From: Octopus sinensis
Lineage: Eukaryota
Direction of reading: 5' to 3'
NCBI RefSeq assembly: GCF_006345805.1
Contig: NC_042997.1
Span: 197,036,001 to 197,100,000, forward strand
Length of the DNA: 64,000 nucleotides
Shown: piece after piece, positions 12,950 through 25,913 of the stretch
Numbering within the stretch: position 1 is the first letter of the stretch
Layout of the letters: every line of letters begins with the position of its first letter
Notes under the pieces: model-generated
Databases searched by the model: none
Told to the model about the DNA's origin: nothing
Seen by the model: only the letters and a program-made list of their open reading frames with translations
Program-made: the position numbers and the translations under genes

Positions 12950-13269
12950 GACATCTACGAAGTCCACTCACAAGGCTGTGGTCGGCATGAGGTTATAGAA
13001 AAAGGCACTTGTCCAATGTTCTTTGCAGTGGGACTGAACCCGTAACCATGTGGTTCGGACGCAAGCTTCTTTTATCGGAATTATTTAGAAATATAAGGTT
13101 TAAATTTCTGAATGTTGGCGCGGACGTAGGTTTGTGTGTAAGGAGGTCGGTTTGCGTTCAATTTCACACATTTATTGCAGCGGTCCTGTAAAGAATTCGG
13201 AAGCTTGGGCCTCCAGTCAGGTCTTTCGAAAGACCCTTAAAACCAGTAACATTTTAGCACCCCATCATG

Positions 13270-13341
<72 letters not shown>

Positions 13342-13497
13342 TTTTATTCGTTTCAGTCATTCGACTGCGGGCGTACTGGAGCACCGCCTGTAGTCGAACA
13401 AATAGAAGAAACTTGCCCAAATTGCCAGGCAGTGGGACTGAACCCGGAACCATGAGGTTCGGAAGCAAGCTTTTTACCACACAATCACTCCGGTCCC

Positions 13498-13538
<41 letters not shown>

Positions 13539-13932
13539 ATAAAGAGAGAGAGAGAGAGCAAGAGAGAGACGGCGTGTTTCCTTACTCTTTCGGTACCAAA
13601 TTCTCTCACAAGGTACTGGTTAGCCCAGAGCTATAGTAGATTGACATTTGTCCAAGTAGTCGTATGGTGAAACTGAACCCAAAACTATGTGACCGCAAAG
13701 AGAGCTTCTTAACCTAACGGCCCCGCCAGCACCTGTTTATAGGAAACCGGTATTGGTGTGTTCACGTTCCTGTAACTTAGCGGCCAGCGTCTCGGCAAAA
13801 AGAGAACAAGTGAATATGTACGAGGCTTTAAAAATAAATCATGGTGTCGATTTGTAGGGATAAAGCCCTTCAGGACGGAGCCCCAGCTTGTCCGCAGTCA
13901 AACTGATTGAAACAGATACAAAATAAAAGATA
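12950..13932. mobile_element. Cluster of SINE-A fragments (12950-13075 -, 13340-13499 - internally deleted, 13575-13735 -, 13745-13932 + tail) and a half mariner MITE (~13150-13270 -)
   Basis: Matches to the SINE-A head and tail and to the TGATGGGGTGCT terminus of the MITE at 15609. Confidence 0.7.
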
Positions 13933-14300
13933 CTAATGTAACTTGTTTAGAAATTTAACCTAACGCACGCTGTGTCGGTTTTCTTGTTCTTTAATATATA
14001 CTGAATGTACTGTCAATAACAAGAGAATAACTCTACAGCTGAAATGTCTAAAATGTTCTCGATATGAAATGTTATGTATGACAGGATCAGTTGGACGGTT
14101 TCCTATTCAGAGCCTCTGAAGAATAAAACTTTTTTGAGATGCGTACTGTATACTTCGTCTGCCAAAATACTACAGAATACTTTTGCCAAAATAAGTATTA
14201 AAATTTGCGAAGAAACGCCTGAAAGTTGAGAAAGTTTGGAAAGTTGAAATTTCATTTTGGAATACAGGTTTCTAACTGTATATCTTTGAAAAATTATATA

Positions 14301-14694
14301 TTTTACTCTTTTACTTGTTTCAGTCATTTGACTGTGGCCATGCTGGAGCACCGCCTTTAGTCGACCAAGTCGACCGAAGGACTTATTCTTTGTAAGCCTA
14401 GTACTTTTTCTATCGGTGTCTTTTGCCGAAACGCCAAGTTTCAGGGACGTTGACACACCAGCATCGGTTGTCAAGCGATGTTGGCGGGACAAACACAGAC
14501 ACATACAAACATATACATATTCATATATACGACGGGCTTCTTTCAGTTTCGGTCTACCAAATCCGCTCACAAGGCTTTGGTCGGCCCGAGGCTATAGTAG
14601 AAGACACTTGCCCAAGGTGCCAGGCAGTGGGACTGAACCCGGAACCATGTGGTTCGTAAGCAAACTACTTACCACACAGCCACTCCTACGCCTA
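14301..14694 (-). mobile_element. Full-length SINE A
   Basis: Near-consensus copy. Confidence 0.92.
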
Positions 14695-14704
14695 TATATG
14701 TATA

Positions 14705-15090
14705 TACTAGCAGTATCGCCCGGCGTTGCTCAGGTTTGTAAGGGAAATAACTATAAAGCATTTTTAGAGAGTTATAGCCAAAAAATAGCAAAAAAATGGA
14801 AAAAAAATGATGGTAAATTTTTTTGAGTTAAAAAAGGTGGAGTTGCGTCCCCTAGACGGTCTGTGGTTTGTGTTTCTGATTCTCGACCCCATGTCGAATT
14901 TATCGATTTTTTTCAGAACTGGGGGAACTTTTCAAAATTTTCGCTGCGTTAGTTTTGAATTATGACATTGGGCTATGTGTGTGTCAAGTTTCATCAGAAT
15001 CGGTTGAAAGCCGTGGTCAGGGTGAGGGTACAAGCAAACAGACACACAGAAACACGCACAGACAAACTGCCGTTTATATAGAGAGAGATT
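14705..15090 (+). mobile_element. Non-autonomous Helentron/DINE-1-like element, copy 1
   Basis: Starts TACTAGCAGTATCGCCCGGCGTTGCTC and ends with an ACAG-rich stretch plus AAACTGCCGTTTATATAGAGAGAGATT; no terminal TIR or obvious TSD. A nearly identical inverted copy lies at 41147-41533. The repeat itself is certain; the class is inferred from terminal architecture. Confidence 0.6.
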
Positions 15091-15386
15091 TGCAACTGAT
15101 GTCTTTTACTCATCAGATTGCCGCCATGCTGGTGCACCACCTTGATCAGTAGTTTTTCTTTTAAGTTTCTTCATGAATCGACTTCCGTACTCACTTTTTC
15201 TTTAAGCCTATTTGTTATCCTATCGGTCTCTTTTATCAAGCTGCTAAGTTACGGGACGTAAAGACACCAACACCGGTTGAAAATCGGTGGTAGAGAACAA
15301 ATACAGACACAAATACACCCAAAAACACACACACACATAAATATACTTATAATTACATTCATATATATACTGTATATATATATATA

Positions 15387-15574
15387 CGACGGAGTGCTTT
15401 AAGGCCTGGTTCGAGATCCAATCTTCCGGGTTCTTTTACAGAGATTAGAAGTACTGAAGGACCACTGCAATAAGTGACTGAATTTGAGAGGGGAATATGT
15501 TGCATAAAATCATAATTAACTGATCTTCTTGTATTTTCTTTTGCTCAAGGCCAGGAGCTTTCCATACACCCTTG
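15387..15574 (+). mobile_element. Mariner-derived MITE (family M1)
   Basis: TA-flanked at the left end; carries ..DHCNK*LNLRGEYVA*-like mariner C-terminal codons; homologous to the next copy. Confidence 0.7.
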
Positions 15575-15608
15575 TGCATGTATGTATGTATGTATATATA
15601 TATAAATA

Positions 15609-15808
15609 TGATGGGGTGCTGAAAAGTTCTTGGCTTTAAAGGTATTGCAAAAGGCCTTCCAAGTTCTTTTACAGTGCTTAGAAAAACTGAAGGGCTACCG
15701 CAATAATTGTGTGAATCTGAGAGGGGAATATGTTGAATAAAATCATAATCAATTGATCCTCCTGTACTTTCTTTTACTCAAACCCAGGAACTTTTCAGCA
15801 CAATTTCG
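15609..15808 (+). mobile_element. Mariner-derived MITE (family M1)
   Basis: TIRs GTGCTGAAAAGTTCTTGG / CCAGGAACTTTTCAGCAC, TA on both sides, internal LEKLKGYRNNCVNLRGEYVE* corresponding to the mariner transposase C-terminus. Confidence 0.85.
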
Positions 15809-15839
15809 TATATCCGTCCGTCCGTCTATCTATATATCT

Positions 15840-16130
15840 ATGATGGACCCTCCCGTCGAAGACGACGAATGAGCGTTCAGCTTTTGCCGAACGACCTACC
15901 CAAATGATTCGTTATAGTGATAAGATGTTCGTGCCGCACATGAGTTCACTCGCTCCATCAAATCTGAACAGTCGCACGCTGTACAATGCATCAGGTGCCG
16001 AAGTGAACGCAGACCAACTTTATATGAAATGTTTTGCTCAATAACACAACGCACCACCCTGTCTAGGAATTGAAATCACATATTAGCGATTGTTAGTGCA
16101 ACACTCAACCCACTAAGACATGCGCCCTCG
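15840..16130 (-). mobile_element. Diverged SINE C-type copy with a different 3' tail
   Basis: Head and core (rc ..GCGTTGTGTTATTGAGCAAAACATTT..) resemble 57040-57376. Confidence 0.6.
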
Positions 16131-16162
<32 letters not shown>

Positions 16163-16273
16163 ATGTCAAATTTAAGAACTATATTAGTTTGTAGTTGTTT
16201 TTATGCAAACAAATTTTCTACGTACTTCCGATGTGAATGGTTTTGTTATACGGTGCCGAGTTTTACAATCCTG

Positions 16274-16312
<39 letters not shown>

Positions 16313-16454
16313 GTATTTTTATAAGATTGAAGCTTATAGCGATCACCGTGCGATGACTAAGGAAATTAGACTAATATCGGGGCATATAAACCCTCGTGTG
16401 TGTGTGTGTGAGAGAGAGAGAGAGGGAGAGAGAGAGAGAGAGAGAGAAGCTTCT

Positions 16455-16602
16455 TTTAATTTCTATCTATCAAATTCACTGTCTACCAAATTCACGAGGT
16501 TATAGTAGAAGATATTTGCCCAAGAAGCCGCGATGTGGGACTGAACCCAGAACCATTTGGTTGAGAAGCAAGCTTCTTACCATACAGCCACGCCTGCGCC
16601 TA
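16455..16602 (-). mobile_element. SINE A head fragment
   Basis: Ends CATACAGCCACGCCTGCGCC. Confidence 0.7.
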
Positions 16603-17576
16603 TATAAAAAAAAAAAACCAAACCTGATTGCAACAATATTTAGAATGTCAATTGAGTCCAAACAGTAAATAAATTTAAACGAAAAGGAAACAAGGAAATA
16701 TGAATTGGACGCAATAAAATTATGGTTATGAGATTATATTGCATCTGGAAAGACTTGAAATGTTGCTATGTGATTATAGTACATCTGGTAAGTCAGAATA
16801 TTTAATTGTATTCACTAATACTGTATACAATCTCTGTAGTGTCTTCTAGTGTCTTAGTGACCTCATTAATTTTTCTGCGTCTGAGTTCCACTTCTTGATG
16901 TGTTAAATGTTAGCAGCCAAAAATTCATACATGACTAAAGCCAAGTTGTTTCAGATATTAATAAAACTCAATCATAATTGCATTATGAAGGAGATTATCA
17001 CGTGAGTGGAATTGTGCAAATAGATTTATGTTACTGGTGATTTGTACAATATAATGTTCGCCATATTGATTGTTGTTTCATAGGGAAAAAAAATCTCTTT
17101 TTCATAGGTCATTTGTAAAGTGGCTGTGTAAAGATGTAACTACGCACAAAAGAAGTTCTAAATCTCTTTCTTTCTCCTCTCTTTTCTCCCGCTGCCTGAA
17201 GAAAGAAAGAAAATAGAAAGAGAGAGAGAGAGAGACAGAGAGAAATTGAAAGAGACAGGAAGTGAAAGAAAAAGAGAGGGAAAGACATTGATTGCAGTAG
17301 TTTCAAATTTTTATTGTTTTGGGGAGCAAACATAGGCACATTCTCTTAATTTCTACCGTTGATCCAGCGGAGCAACAGCTTGTAAAGCAGCTGAAGTGTG
17401 TGTATGTGAGAGAGAGGGAGAGAGAGAAGATAAAGAGGTAGGGAAGAGAAAGAGTGTGCGAAAGCTGTACCAGCATTCGTTTGGAAATCTTGAAACCCTT
17501 TTGTTGAACGACGCAACGAAGAGCCCGCACATGGATCGAATGTATGGCTTCGGGAACATGAACCTATCCTAACGAA

Positions 17577-18217
17577 GGCAGCGAGCTGCTCGAATCGTTA
17601 GCACTCCGGGCTAAATGCTTAGCGGCATTTCGTACGGCTTCATGCTTTGCTCTTTTACTCTTTTACTTGTTTCAGTCATTTGATTTTGGCCATGCTGAAG
17701 CACCGCCCAGAGTCGAGCAAATCGGCCCCAGGACTTATTCTTTGTAAGCCTAGTACTTATTCTATCGGTGTCTTTTGCCGAACTGCTAAGTTACTGGGAC
17801 GTAAACACACCAGCATCGGTTGTCAAGCTATGATAGGGGGACAAACACAGACACAAACATATACACACACAAACATATACACGTATACGACGGGCTTCTT
17901 TCAGTTACCGTCTACTAAATCCACTCACAAGGCTTTGGTCGGCCCGAGGCTAGAATAGAAGACACTTGCCCAAGGTGCCACGCAGTGGGATCGAATCCGG
18001 AACCATGTGGTTGGTAAGCAAGCTACTTACCACAGAGATATTCCTACGCCTGTTCAACTGTCTCCGATATCGACTTTGCTTTTGATCCTAATTTTAATTT
18101 TTTTTTTTTTGGTGAGGGGTTGATAAAATACGTACCATGAGAGCAGTGCGGCTCAACGCAATCGACTTTTCCTCTCTCCGAAATCGTTGACCTTCTGTTA
18201 AAATTTGAAATCAACAT
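17577..18217 (+). mobile_element. SINE B (17577-17646 and 18052-18217) interrupted by a full SINE A on the - strand (17650-18051)
   Basis: The SINE-B head stops just before its B box and resumes GTTCAAC..CGACTTTGC after the SINE A. Confidence 0.8.
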
Positions 18218-18254
18218 ACTAACAGCCAGTGCACACTGTTTCACACACAGACAC

Positions 18255-18971
18255 GGGATCTTTTCGCTTTGAACGGCAGATCGAGAAATTAATTTTTTGT
18301 AATTAAACACTTTCAAACTTCGCACACTGGTAAAATGTGTCATATAAAACATCCTTTACTCTCAGCATTTTTGAGAAAAGTTTCTATTTACGAAGTTATT
18401 TCATGTTAAAGTTGTCGTATTTCTGTAATTTCAACCAATCAATGACGTGTATTCAGCTGAATAAAATTACTGCCGTTGTTTGTCAACAACAACTTCCGGC
18501 GGTGTATATTTAGTTTGTCACTGTTATTTCTACCAGTCTCCGAATTTTTAAAGTGTTTAGTTACAAAATATTTATTTCTCGGTCTGACGTTCAAAGGGAA
18601 ATGATTCCAGACACGCACTCACACACATATAAGGCTATATTCTTAAACTTCGCATACTGGTAGAATGTGTCATATAAAACATCTTTTACTCCCAGCATTT
18701 TTGAGAAAAGTTTCTATTTACGAAGTTATTTCATGTTAAAGTTGTCGTATTTCTGTAATTTCAACCAATCAATGACGTGTATTTAGCTGAATAAAATTAC
18801 TGCCGTTGTTTGTCAACAACAACTTCCGGCAGTGTATATTTAGTTTGTCACTGTTATTTCTACCAGTGTCATAAGTTTGAAAGTGCTTGGTTACAAAATC
18901 TTAATTTCTCGGTCTGCCGTTCAAAGGGAATAGGTCCCAGGCACGCACGCACACACATATATGGCTATATC
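18255..18971. mobile_element. TIR MITE with a 330-bp tandem duplication of body, right TIR and flank
   Basis: Left TIR GGGATCTTTTCGCTTTGAACGGCAGATCGAGAAATTA (18255-18291); right TIRs at ~18572-18608 and ~18902-18938; repeat units 18315-18644 and 18645-18971. Confidence 0.9.
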
Positions 18972-19655
18972 ATTATACAGACTCATATTGCAACCACGCA
19001 GCCACACAAAATCTGTACCTACTTCAACTACTTGAACTTATTACCGCAACTATGTTAATTCACATACGAAAGAACAAAATGGCGAGAGCGTGGGAACATT
19101 TTTGTATGGATTTACGTCACTACATAGCGATACAAGTAATAATTATTCACGCGCACATCATCCACTCAATTTTACACAAATTTAGATTCTATCTCTTATC
19201 TTTGATTTAAAATACTGAATATTATTATTCGTTATTGGAACTCTAAAGAGATATCGTTGGGTACTTTGCTCTCTCTCTCTCTCATTCTCTTTCTCTTTCA
19301 TTCATTCATTCATTCATTTATACTTCCTCACCACCTGTCTATCTATCGAGTGCAGTATACATTAACTTTTACAAGGAAAAGTTTGCAGTGTTTTCGAAGT
19401 TTCGGCTTGCTCTCCTTCAACAGCCTGTTACACACACACACACACACAAAGACACACACACACACACATATATAATTATATACACACACACATATATATA
19501 TATATATATTTACACTTGTACATAAAGATAGGTACGTATGTCATAACATCATCGTATCATAAGCAGGCATTCTAGCGAATTAGAAGTTAAAAAGCAATTT
19601 TAATAAGGATAAATACAAAATTAAATATTAAACATATTAGTAGACCTAAAGGATT

Positions 19656-20047
19656 ATTCTTTTATTCTTTTACTTGTTTCAGTCATTTGACTGCGGCCAC
19701 GCTGGAGCACCGCCTATAGTCGAGCAAACCGACCCCAGGACTTATTTTTTGTAAGTCTAGTACTTATTCTACCGACCACTTTTGCCGACCTGCAAAGTTA
19801 CGGCGACCTAAACACACCAGCATTGGTTGTCAGGCGATGCAGGGGGGGCCAAACACAGATACACACGCACAAATATATATACATACATACGACGGGCTTC
19901 TTTCAGTTTCCGTCTCCCAAATCCACTCACAAGGCTTTGGTCGGCCTGAGGCTATAGTAGAAGACACTTGGCCAAGGTGCTACGCAGTGTGACTGAATCC
20001 GGAACCATGTGGTTGGTAAGCAAGCGACTTACTACATAGCCCTCCTT
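19656..20047 (-). mobile_element. Full-length SINE A
   Basis: Tail, body, microsatellite and head all present. Confidence 0.9.
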
Positions 20048-21450
20048 TGGTAATATATTAAAGAAATATACAAGGAATTAACAATTTATTTGCTATTTGG
20101 TGAAATTCAAGCTAAATTTAAAACTACTTCTTTTTTCGTGAGTCGCACAACTCTTTCTGGACTACAAGGATTACCGGCAAAATGTTGATCAAATTGTCCT
20201 TTAACTATCTTGTTGAAGGAAGTATTCATTGAATATTGTTCTAGATGAGCTAAATGGAGTGGGTAAATTGAACCAAAGAATGTCTTCAGTCACAAATTGT
20301 CTGCTGGATAAAGTTGCACAGATTAGTAGTAGGGTGTTGGCTGCCATTCATTCACCTGTCAATGAGAAGTCCTTCGATGGAGTAGCGATCCATTCGGGGG
20401 GAAATGTTGTAGACTCGGTCACTTATACGCCATAGAAGCGAGATAGCCGTCTCCATTTGTCCTCGGACTTGAGACTAGCTTTACTTTGCTAATGGACGAG
20501 ATTGGACACAGATCTTAGCTAAAGCAAGAACTACGATTTTGTCGTTTTTATTGTCAGACACCTAATTTGTAGACATCTGAGAGGTGAGTTTACAATATTT
20601 GAACTTATTTAGGATTCGTTGATAGGTGGGTGCGAGAATGATAATTGAGAAACAAATGAAAGGGAGAAGGAAAAGTTAATGAAATGTTCTTGGATAAGAA
20701 TAGAAACTACTGAACACAATGTTCCCGTCTGGATCTAATAGGAAACCGAATCACGTATTTGTTACGGAGATACAGTAGTGAAACACTGCTAACAATGTAT
20801 AGAATAATGAAAACAATATCAACTGTAAATGTCAAGGTGATGAATGGTTAACAATGAGATGAATTAATTTTTAATTTCTCTCCTACAGTCCCACGATTGA
20901 TATCAAGAAAAATGGGAATACAACAAAAGCATTAGCGAAAAGCTCAGCATGGTAGCAAGATTTAAAGAATTGTCGAAAGAAATTGCTAAATGATGGAGAG
21001 GCTTGTGAGATGTTATACTGTGTTTAAGAAATAGACAAATTACATAGACCAATGGTGGTTCCGGAGACGTGGCGTTTAAACAGCATTCTTTATATCGGAC
21101 CATCTATAAAATCAATGTTTTATTTAGAAAGTTAGAAAAGTTATTTATATATTTATGTTTTATTTCTCGAGTGGTGTGACCTAAATCTGTATCGGAAAAT
21201 GTATCTGATGATATATTTTTTTGTATTTATACCTTCTCCGTCTAAGTTTGTTAAAACTAGCGTCGTTGGTTATCTATTTCCAGATGGCAGACGACTGATT
21301 CGCTGGATGTCGGATACCTCGTTTGTAAAGCAATATTGCTTTCAGTTTTCTCACCGATGTTTATATCCTACACACAGACACACATACACACACACTCGCA
21401 AATATATAAAGATATATATATATGTGTGAGTGCGCGCGTATGCGTATATA

Positions 21451-21782
21451 CTCTTTTACTTGTTTCAGTTATTTCACTGCGGCCATGTTGGAGCACCGCC
21501 TTTTAGTCGAGCAAATCGACCCCAGGACTTATTCTTTGTAAGCCTAGTACTTATTCTATCGGTTGTTGGGGCGACAAACACAGACACACAAACACTCACA
21601 TATATATATATACATATATACGATGGGCATCCTTCAGTTTCCGTCTACCAAATCCACTCAAGGCTTTGTCGTCCCGAGGCTATAGTAGAAGACACTTGCC
21701 CAAGGTGCCACGCAGTGTGACTGAACCCAGAACCATGTTGTTGGTAAGCAAGCAACTCACCACACAGCCACTCCTGTGCCTA
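21451..21782 (-). mobile_element. SINE A with internal deletion
   Basis: Lacks the CTCTTTTGCCGAAC..CACCAGCATC segment. Confidence 0.85.
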
Positions 21783-22546
21783 TATATATATATATATATT
21801 ATATATATTGCAAGTTCATATAAACACATGTAAGCCAGAATACTTGTACAAACACTCATCCACACACAAGTACACACACACCCAAACGACTGGCTTTGAT
21901 CGCAGACTGCATCGACAAAATTCCACTCAAAAATGATTGGCCAACCGTAGGCGACCGTAGATAACACCTGTCCGAAGAGCCGTGCACTGAGGTCAAAACT
22001 GAGATTGAGTGGTTCCGAAGCAATCTCCTGTGTCATACGTTAGCATTTCGCGTAGTTTAGCTTTTCTAATTTTAATTCATTTTATTTTCCTTCTTATATG
22101 AAGTATCATCGTATCATTGCATCACACGGTTTATGTAATGAATATAGATCGTGTCGAATCACAAATAACAGATTGCCGATATTTCTTTCTTTCAATATCA
22201 GATCTCCATAGAAGAGGACAAGTCGGTTCATTTTATACATTAACAATAGCTTCAGACATAGTAAAAAAAAAACAAAAAAACAAAAAAAAAACGCCAAAGC
22301 TAACAAAAAAAAACATGACAAATTTTGAAGGAGTCTGCAATCGATTATATCGACCAGCAATAACGAACATTTTTTAAGAATAACGAAAATGAAAACAAAG
22401 CAATCTTTGATACAAGTGTGCTTTCGAGTCGTTAGGACGTTAGGATATTGGGAGGAAATCATTGCGGTTTTCTTTTCTGTCTCTCTGCGCTAGGAGTTCA
22501 AACTCTGATGGCGTCAGCTTTGCTTTTCAAGCATTCGTTTTATACA

Positions 22547-22744
22547 TATATAGGGAGAGTTTACGAAAAAAGCAAAAAAACAAAAGACGAAAACAGGTGG
22601 TTTACAAAACAAACAGATGTATTAGTATAACGCTTAGGAATAGAAAAAGTATTTTACGTTTCGAGCCTAAGCTCTTCTACAGAAAGAGACACAGAAAAAA
22701 AACAAGGAGAGAAACAAGGAGAGAAAAAATGTGTGTAGTGGCTA
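22547..22744 (-). mobile_element. Penelope-like short repeat with hammerhead-like motif (copy a; core 22655-22682)
   Basis: rc CTGTAGA-A-GAGC-TTAG-GCTC-GAAACGTA; homologous to copies b-f. Confidence 0.7.
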
Positions 22745-22929
22745 TACAGGAAAGTTTATAAAATGTAAAAATAAATATGAAAATAAAGTAATGACAATAA
22801 TAACAGTTTTACGTAAAGTTCAGTGGTTTTTGACATCGTGGTGTATTGCAAGGATTTCTCATCAAGAGTAGAGTCCACTGTGATCCGATGTAGGAGAGGT
22901 AGAGAGGTAGCTACACACACACACACACA

Positions 22930-22990
<61 letters not shown>

Positions 22991-23740
22991 ATATATATAT
23001 ATTGCAAGTTCATATAAACACATGTAAGCCAGAATACTTGTACAAACACTCATCCACACACAAGTACACACACACCCAAACGACTGGCTTTGAGCGCAGA
23101 CTGCATCGACAAAATTCCACTCAAAAATGATTGGCCAACCGTAGGCGACCGTAGATAACACCTGTCCGAAGAGCCGTGCACTGAGGTCAAAACTGAGATT
23201 GAGTGGTTCCGAAGCAATCTCCTGTGTCATACGTTAGCATTTCGCGTAGTTTAGCTTTTCTAATTTTAATTCATTTTATTTTCCTTCTTATATGAAGTAT
23301 CATCGTATCATTGCATCACACGGTTTATGTAATGAATATAGATCGTGTCGAATCACAAATAACAGATTGCCGATATTTCTTTCTTTCAATATCAGATCTC
23401 CATAGAAGAGGACAAGTCGGTTCATTTTATACATTAACAATAGCTTCAGACATAGTAAAAAAAAAAACAAAACCAAAAAAAAACGCCAAAGCTAACAAAA
23501 AAAAAACATGACAAATTTTGAAGGAGTCTGCAATCGATTATATCGACCAGCAATAACGAACATTTTTTAAGAATAACGAAAATGAAAACAAAGCAATCTT
23601 TGATACAAGTGTGCTTTCGAGTCGTTAGGACGTTAGGATATTGGGAGGTAAATCATTGCGGTTTTCTTTTCTGTCTCTCTGCGCTAGGAGTTCAAACTCT
23701 GATGGCGTCAGCTTTGCTTTTCAAGCATTCGTTTTATACA

Positions 23741-23950
23741 TATATAGGGAGAGTTTACGAAAAAAGCAAAAAAACAAAAGACGAAAACAGGTGGTTTACA
23801 AAACAAACAGATGTATTAGTATAACGCTTAGGAATAGAAAAAGTATTTTACGTTTCGAGCCTAAGCTCTTCTACAGAAAGGGACACAGAAAAAAAACAAG
23901 GAGAGAAACAAGGAGAGAAACAAGGAGAGAAAAAATGTGTGTAGTGGCTA
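23741..23950 (-). mobile_element. Penelope-like short repeat with hammerhead-like motif (copy b; core 23849-23876)
   Basis: Duplicate of copy a within the tandem duplication. Confidence 0.7.
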
Positions 23951-24117
23951 TACAGGAAAGTTTATAAAATGTAAAAATAAATATGAAAATAAAGTAATGA
24001 CAATAATAACAGTTTTACGTAAAGTTCAGTGGTTTTTGACATCGTGGTGTATTGCAAGGATTTCTCATCAAGAGTAGAGTCCACTGTGATCCGTATGTAG
24101 GAGAGGTAGAGAGGTAG

Positions 24118-24185
<68 letters not shown>

Positions 24186-24339
24186 ATCATACCTTAATAT
24201 TGCGTGAACTGAGATATGCGCTGCTTGTCCCCTGATATTAAATAAAATATTAACGCTCTCTTTGTTGAAATTAGTAGCTTCAGTTCTCTGTAACTAGAAA
24301 AACAGTTGACTAAATGAACAGGTTGCCAGCTTGTTTCTC

Positions 24340-24622
24340 TGAGATTGGTCAAATTAGTGTGGGCATCCACTAAAGTTCGAAAGGCCAGTTATACTTTCCA
24401 TCGTATCTTCAATCTATCAACTACATGGGTGATATGCATATGTCGGCTATATGGCTTTCAGCGTGAATAATATTTGTCACTTGTGTTTTAAACCCTGTCA
24501 GTCAGCAGCTGTTCTTAAAAGTGATCTGAAGGCTCATCAACGGAAGGATTGTGCTGCGTGATGGGGTGTGATGTGTGTGTTGATAGGACGACTATCGTCT
24601 GTCAAGATGAAGCGATCATCAT
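24340..24622 (+). mobile_element. RTE-clade LINE 3' remnant with C-terminal zinc-finger-like motif
   Basis: ICHLCFKPCQSAAVLKSDLKAHQRKDC* (24472-24561) resembles the CxxCxxxCxSxxGLxSHxR terminus of RTE ORFs; followed by a short 3' UTR and an ATC-type tail. Confidence 0.5.
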
Positions 24623-25529
24623 ATATACATACAATATACATATATATGTTTATATCAGTATAAATATTTAAAGAAACTGGTCTAGTCGTGCGGTTGATTG
24701 CTCTCCCAGATTCTTTGTCTTATTCTAGAAGGAATTCATCTGTGACAGAATTGAACACCAAGGAGTTCTGTCAAGATTGGAATGCTCAAGTCAATTCCTA
24801 TGTTACGATACTCTTTCTCGTGTCAAGTTGGTCAGGGTTCAAGAAATCGAACCATATATATGTATAATAGAGCATGTCCCTGGAGGAATTGAAGACCTAT
24901 GCTAAGGGAATCAAATCAATACACTAGTGCCTTATGTCCGATTGTCTAACCATTCCCACCCCGCAATCCACAGCAACCATAACAAGGTAAAATGGCATAA
25001 ATTTGAGAAATTAAATATTCCGAAGCGATTCAGGAAAATTACTCTATGTTATCGATCCCTATACGATGAAAGGATGATTACTGGCCTCGAATAGATTTTG
25101 AACTCAATATCACTCATACCGTTTGACATTTTGTGTCCGTATGCTGTCCCGATTCTGCCAATCATTTACATCAATCATAATAATAAAAACACACGATCGA
25201 TCTTGAGAGGAAATAAAGAACAAAAAAAAAAAAAGAAAAAAGAAAAAGCTACGCAGTAATTTAACCTGGCATACTTTAATGTAGTTGGAACATAATAGGA
25301 AAAGAAACAAAATAACGGTAAGTTAGAAGGGGAACCAGTGCATAGTGAGGACACATAATTAGTGTTCTTAGAATGTAGTTCGACTTTGTATCGTAGAATG
25401 TTACCAATTCTGGTGCATTCTGTTGTGTCGTTAATTAGTAGTAAATAGTCCCTATGAAGGCACGATGTTTAATATAATGTAAACTGTTACGTACATAGCA
25501 ATAAATGCACTGAGATATAAATAAGCCAC

Positions 25530-25876
25530 CAATATGATATACATACATACATATATATACATATACATACATATATACATGCATATATACATATACATAT
25601 ATATATATATACATACATATATACATATATATACATATATATACATACATACATATACATACATATATATACATACATACATATACATACATACATACAT
25701 ATATACATACATACATACATATACATACATATATATATACATACATACATATACATACATATATACATACACATACAAACATACATATACATACATATAT
25801 ACATACACATACATATACATACATATATATATGCATATAATATATATATATTATACAGTGAGATAGATAGGGAGAT

Positions 25877-25913
<37 letters not shown>

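Larger units (their letters stand above)
21807..24120. repeat. ~1194-bp direct tandem duplication (21807-22914 and 23001-24120)
   Basis: Both units start ATTGCAAGTTCATATAAACAC and end GAGAGGTAGCTAC. Differences are a few substitutions, homopolymer lengths and 2 vs 3 copies of AACAAGGAGAGA; the boundaries lie in (CA)n(TA)n tracts. Confidence 0.95.

Noticed and set aside
20100-20600. Moderately GC-rich stretch with broken minus-strand frames (KWRRLSRFYGV*VTESTTFPPEWIATP..), possibly an old LINE
   Set aside because: No diagnostic motif recognised; needs a tblastx/Dfam search.
20889-20954. Strong acceptor (TTTCTCTCCTACAG) followed by PTIDIKKNGNTTKALAKSSAW*
   Set aside because: No matching donor, a short frame, and pyrimidine tracts are common by chance here.
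24729-24905. 58-codon open frame after a possible acceptor (KEFICDRIEHQG..)
   Set aside because: No homology recognised, no in-frame donor, and the length is within chance expectation.
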